The translations under genes were made by a program, and so were the position numbers. The notes below the pieces were generated by a model. It searched no databases. It was not told the origin of the DNA and worked only from the letters and a program-made list of their open reading frames with translations. 16,542 nt of DNA from Promethearchaeia archaeon (GTDB taxonomy: Archaea; Asgardarchaeota; Lokiarchaeia; Sigyniarchaeales; SOKP01), in NCBI GenBank assembly GCA_046483985.1, contig JAWOCD010000008.1, forward strand, positions 1 through 16,542, given 5' to 3'. Position 1 is the first letter of the stretch. Every line of letters begins with the position of its first letter. Positions 16,235 to 16,542 of the stretch are shown piece after piece.

Positions 16235-16317
16235 GCAGATCGTTAAATAAAAATAGAAAAAATCATTTAACTCAATGATTTTCTTTTTATCAACTAAAAA
16301 GGTGAAAGAGAATAAAA

Positions 16318-16542
16318 ATGTCAAAAATTTTTCAATCAGAAATTTTTCGAAAGATCTTTTCTCTTCTTCTCAGAATACTGATTTTTCTAGGTGCTGCTTT
16401 AGCCGTAGCAGTTCGGATTCTTACCATAATTCCGATCCTTATCGGGATTATAATAATTTGGAAGGATTCTAAAAAGTATGGTCAATTTTTAGGATGGCTT
16501 TTAGCAGTGGGAGGTTTAACGGCAACTATAATTTATCATATT
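16318..16542 (+). CDS. Membrane protein, N-terminal part (runs off the window); not in the ORF track
   Basis: 75 open codons, MSKIFQSEIFRKIFSLLLRILIFLGAALAVAVRILTIIPILIGIIIIWKDSKKYGQFLGWLLAVGGLTATIIYHI, with AGGTGA upstream. Confidence 0.75.
   Translation, partial: MSKIFQSEIFRKIFSLLLRILIFLGAALAVAVRILTIIPILIGIIIIWKDSKKYGQFLGWLLAVGGLTATIIYHI

Noticed and set aside
42-16472. Remaining antisense or nested ORFs in the track (e.g. 42-485, 970-1320, 1919-2197, 6528-6872, 11669-12052, 14539-14895, 15945-16157, 16275-16472)
   Set aside because: They are shadows of better-supported genes on the other strand or in another frame.

Overview
The window looks like two sequences of different origin joined near 2533. 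Bases 1-2533 resemble a Bacteroidota polysaccharide locus: the 3' part of a Wzi-family gene, a membrane-anchored coiled-coil gene between direct 8-bp periodic arrays, a GxxExxY nuclease-fold gene between inverted 10-bp periodic arrays, a 5'-truncated wecB and a 5'-truncated PIN/VapC gene. Bases ~2534-16542 are AT-richer and resemble Asgard archaeal (Lokiarchaeia-type) DNA. This part holds a candidate structured small RNA, a tandem-AbrB protein, a YwgA/Panacea-like + SAMHD1-like HD hydrolase pair, queD and queC, two TauE/SafE paralogs separated by a 24-nt homopolymer, and an overlapping PD-(D/E)xK nuclease + atypical ParA pair lying between two 5'-truncated pseudogenes. It continues with a Uma2-like nuclease, a zinc-ribbon-LRR protein, a GH29 alpha-L-fucosidase, a decayed IS200/IS605 left end with tnpA, and the start of a membrane protein. 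The best candidates for undescribed systems are the nuclease-ParA pair, the YwgA-like/HD pair and the repeat-bracketed single-gene cassettes. All family and taxon calls come from motif recognition by eye; no searches were run.
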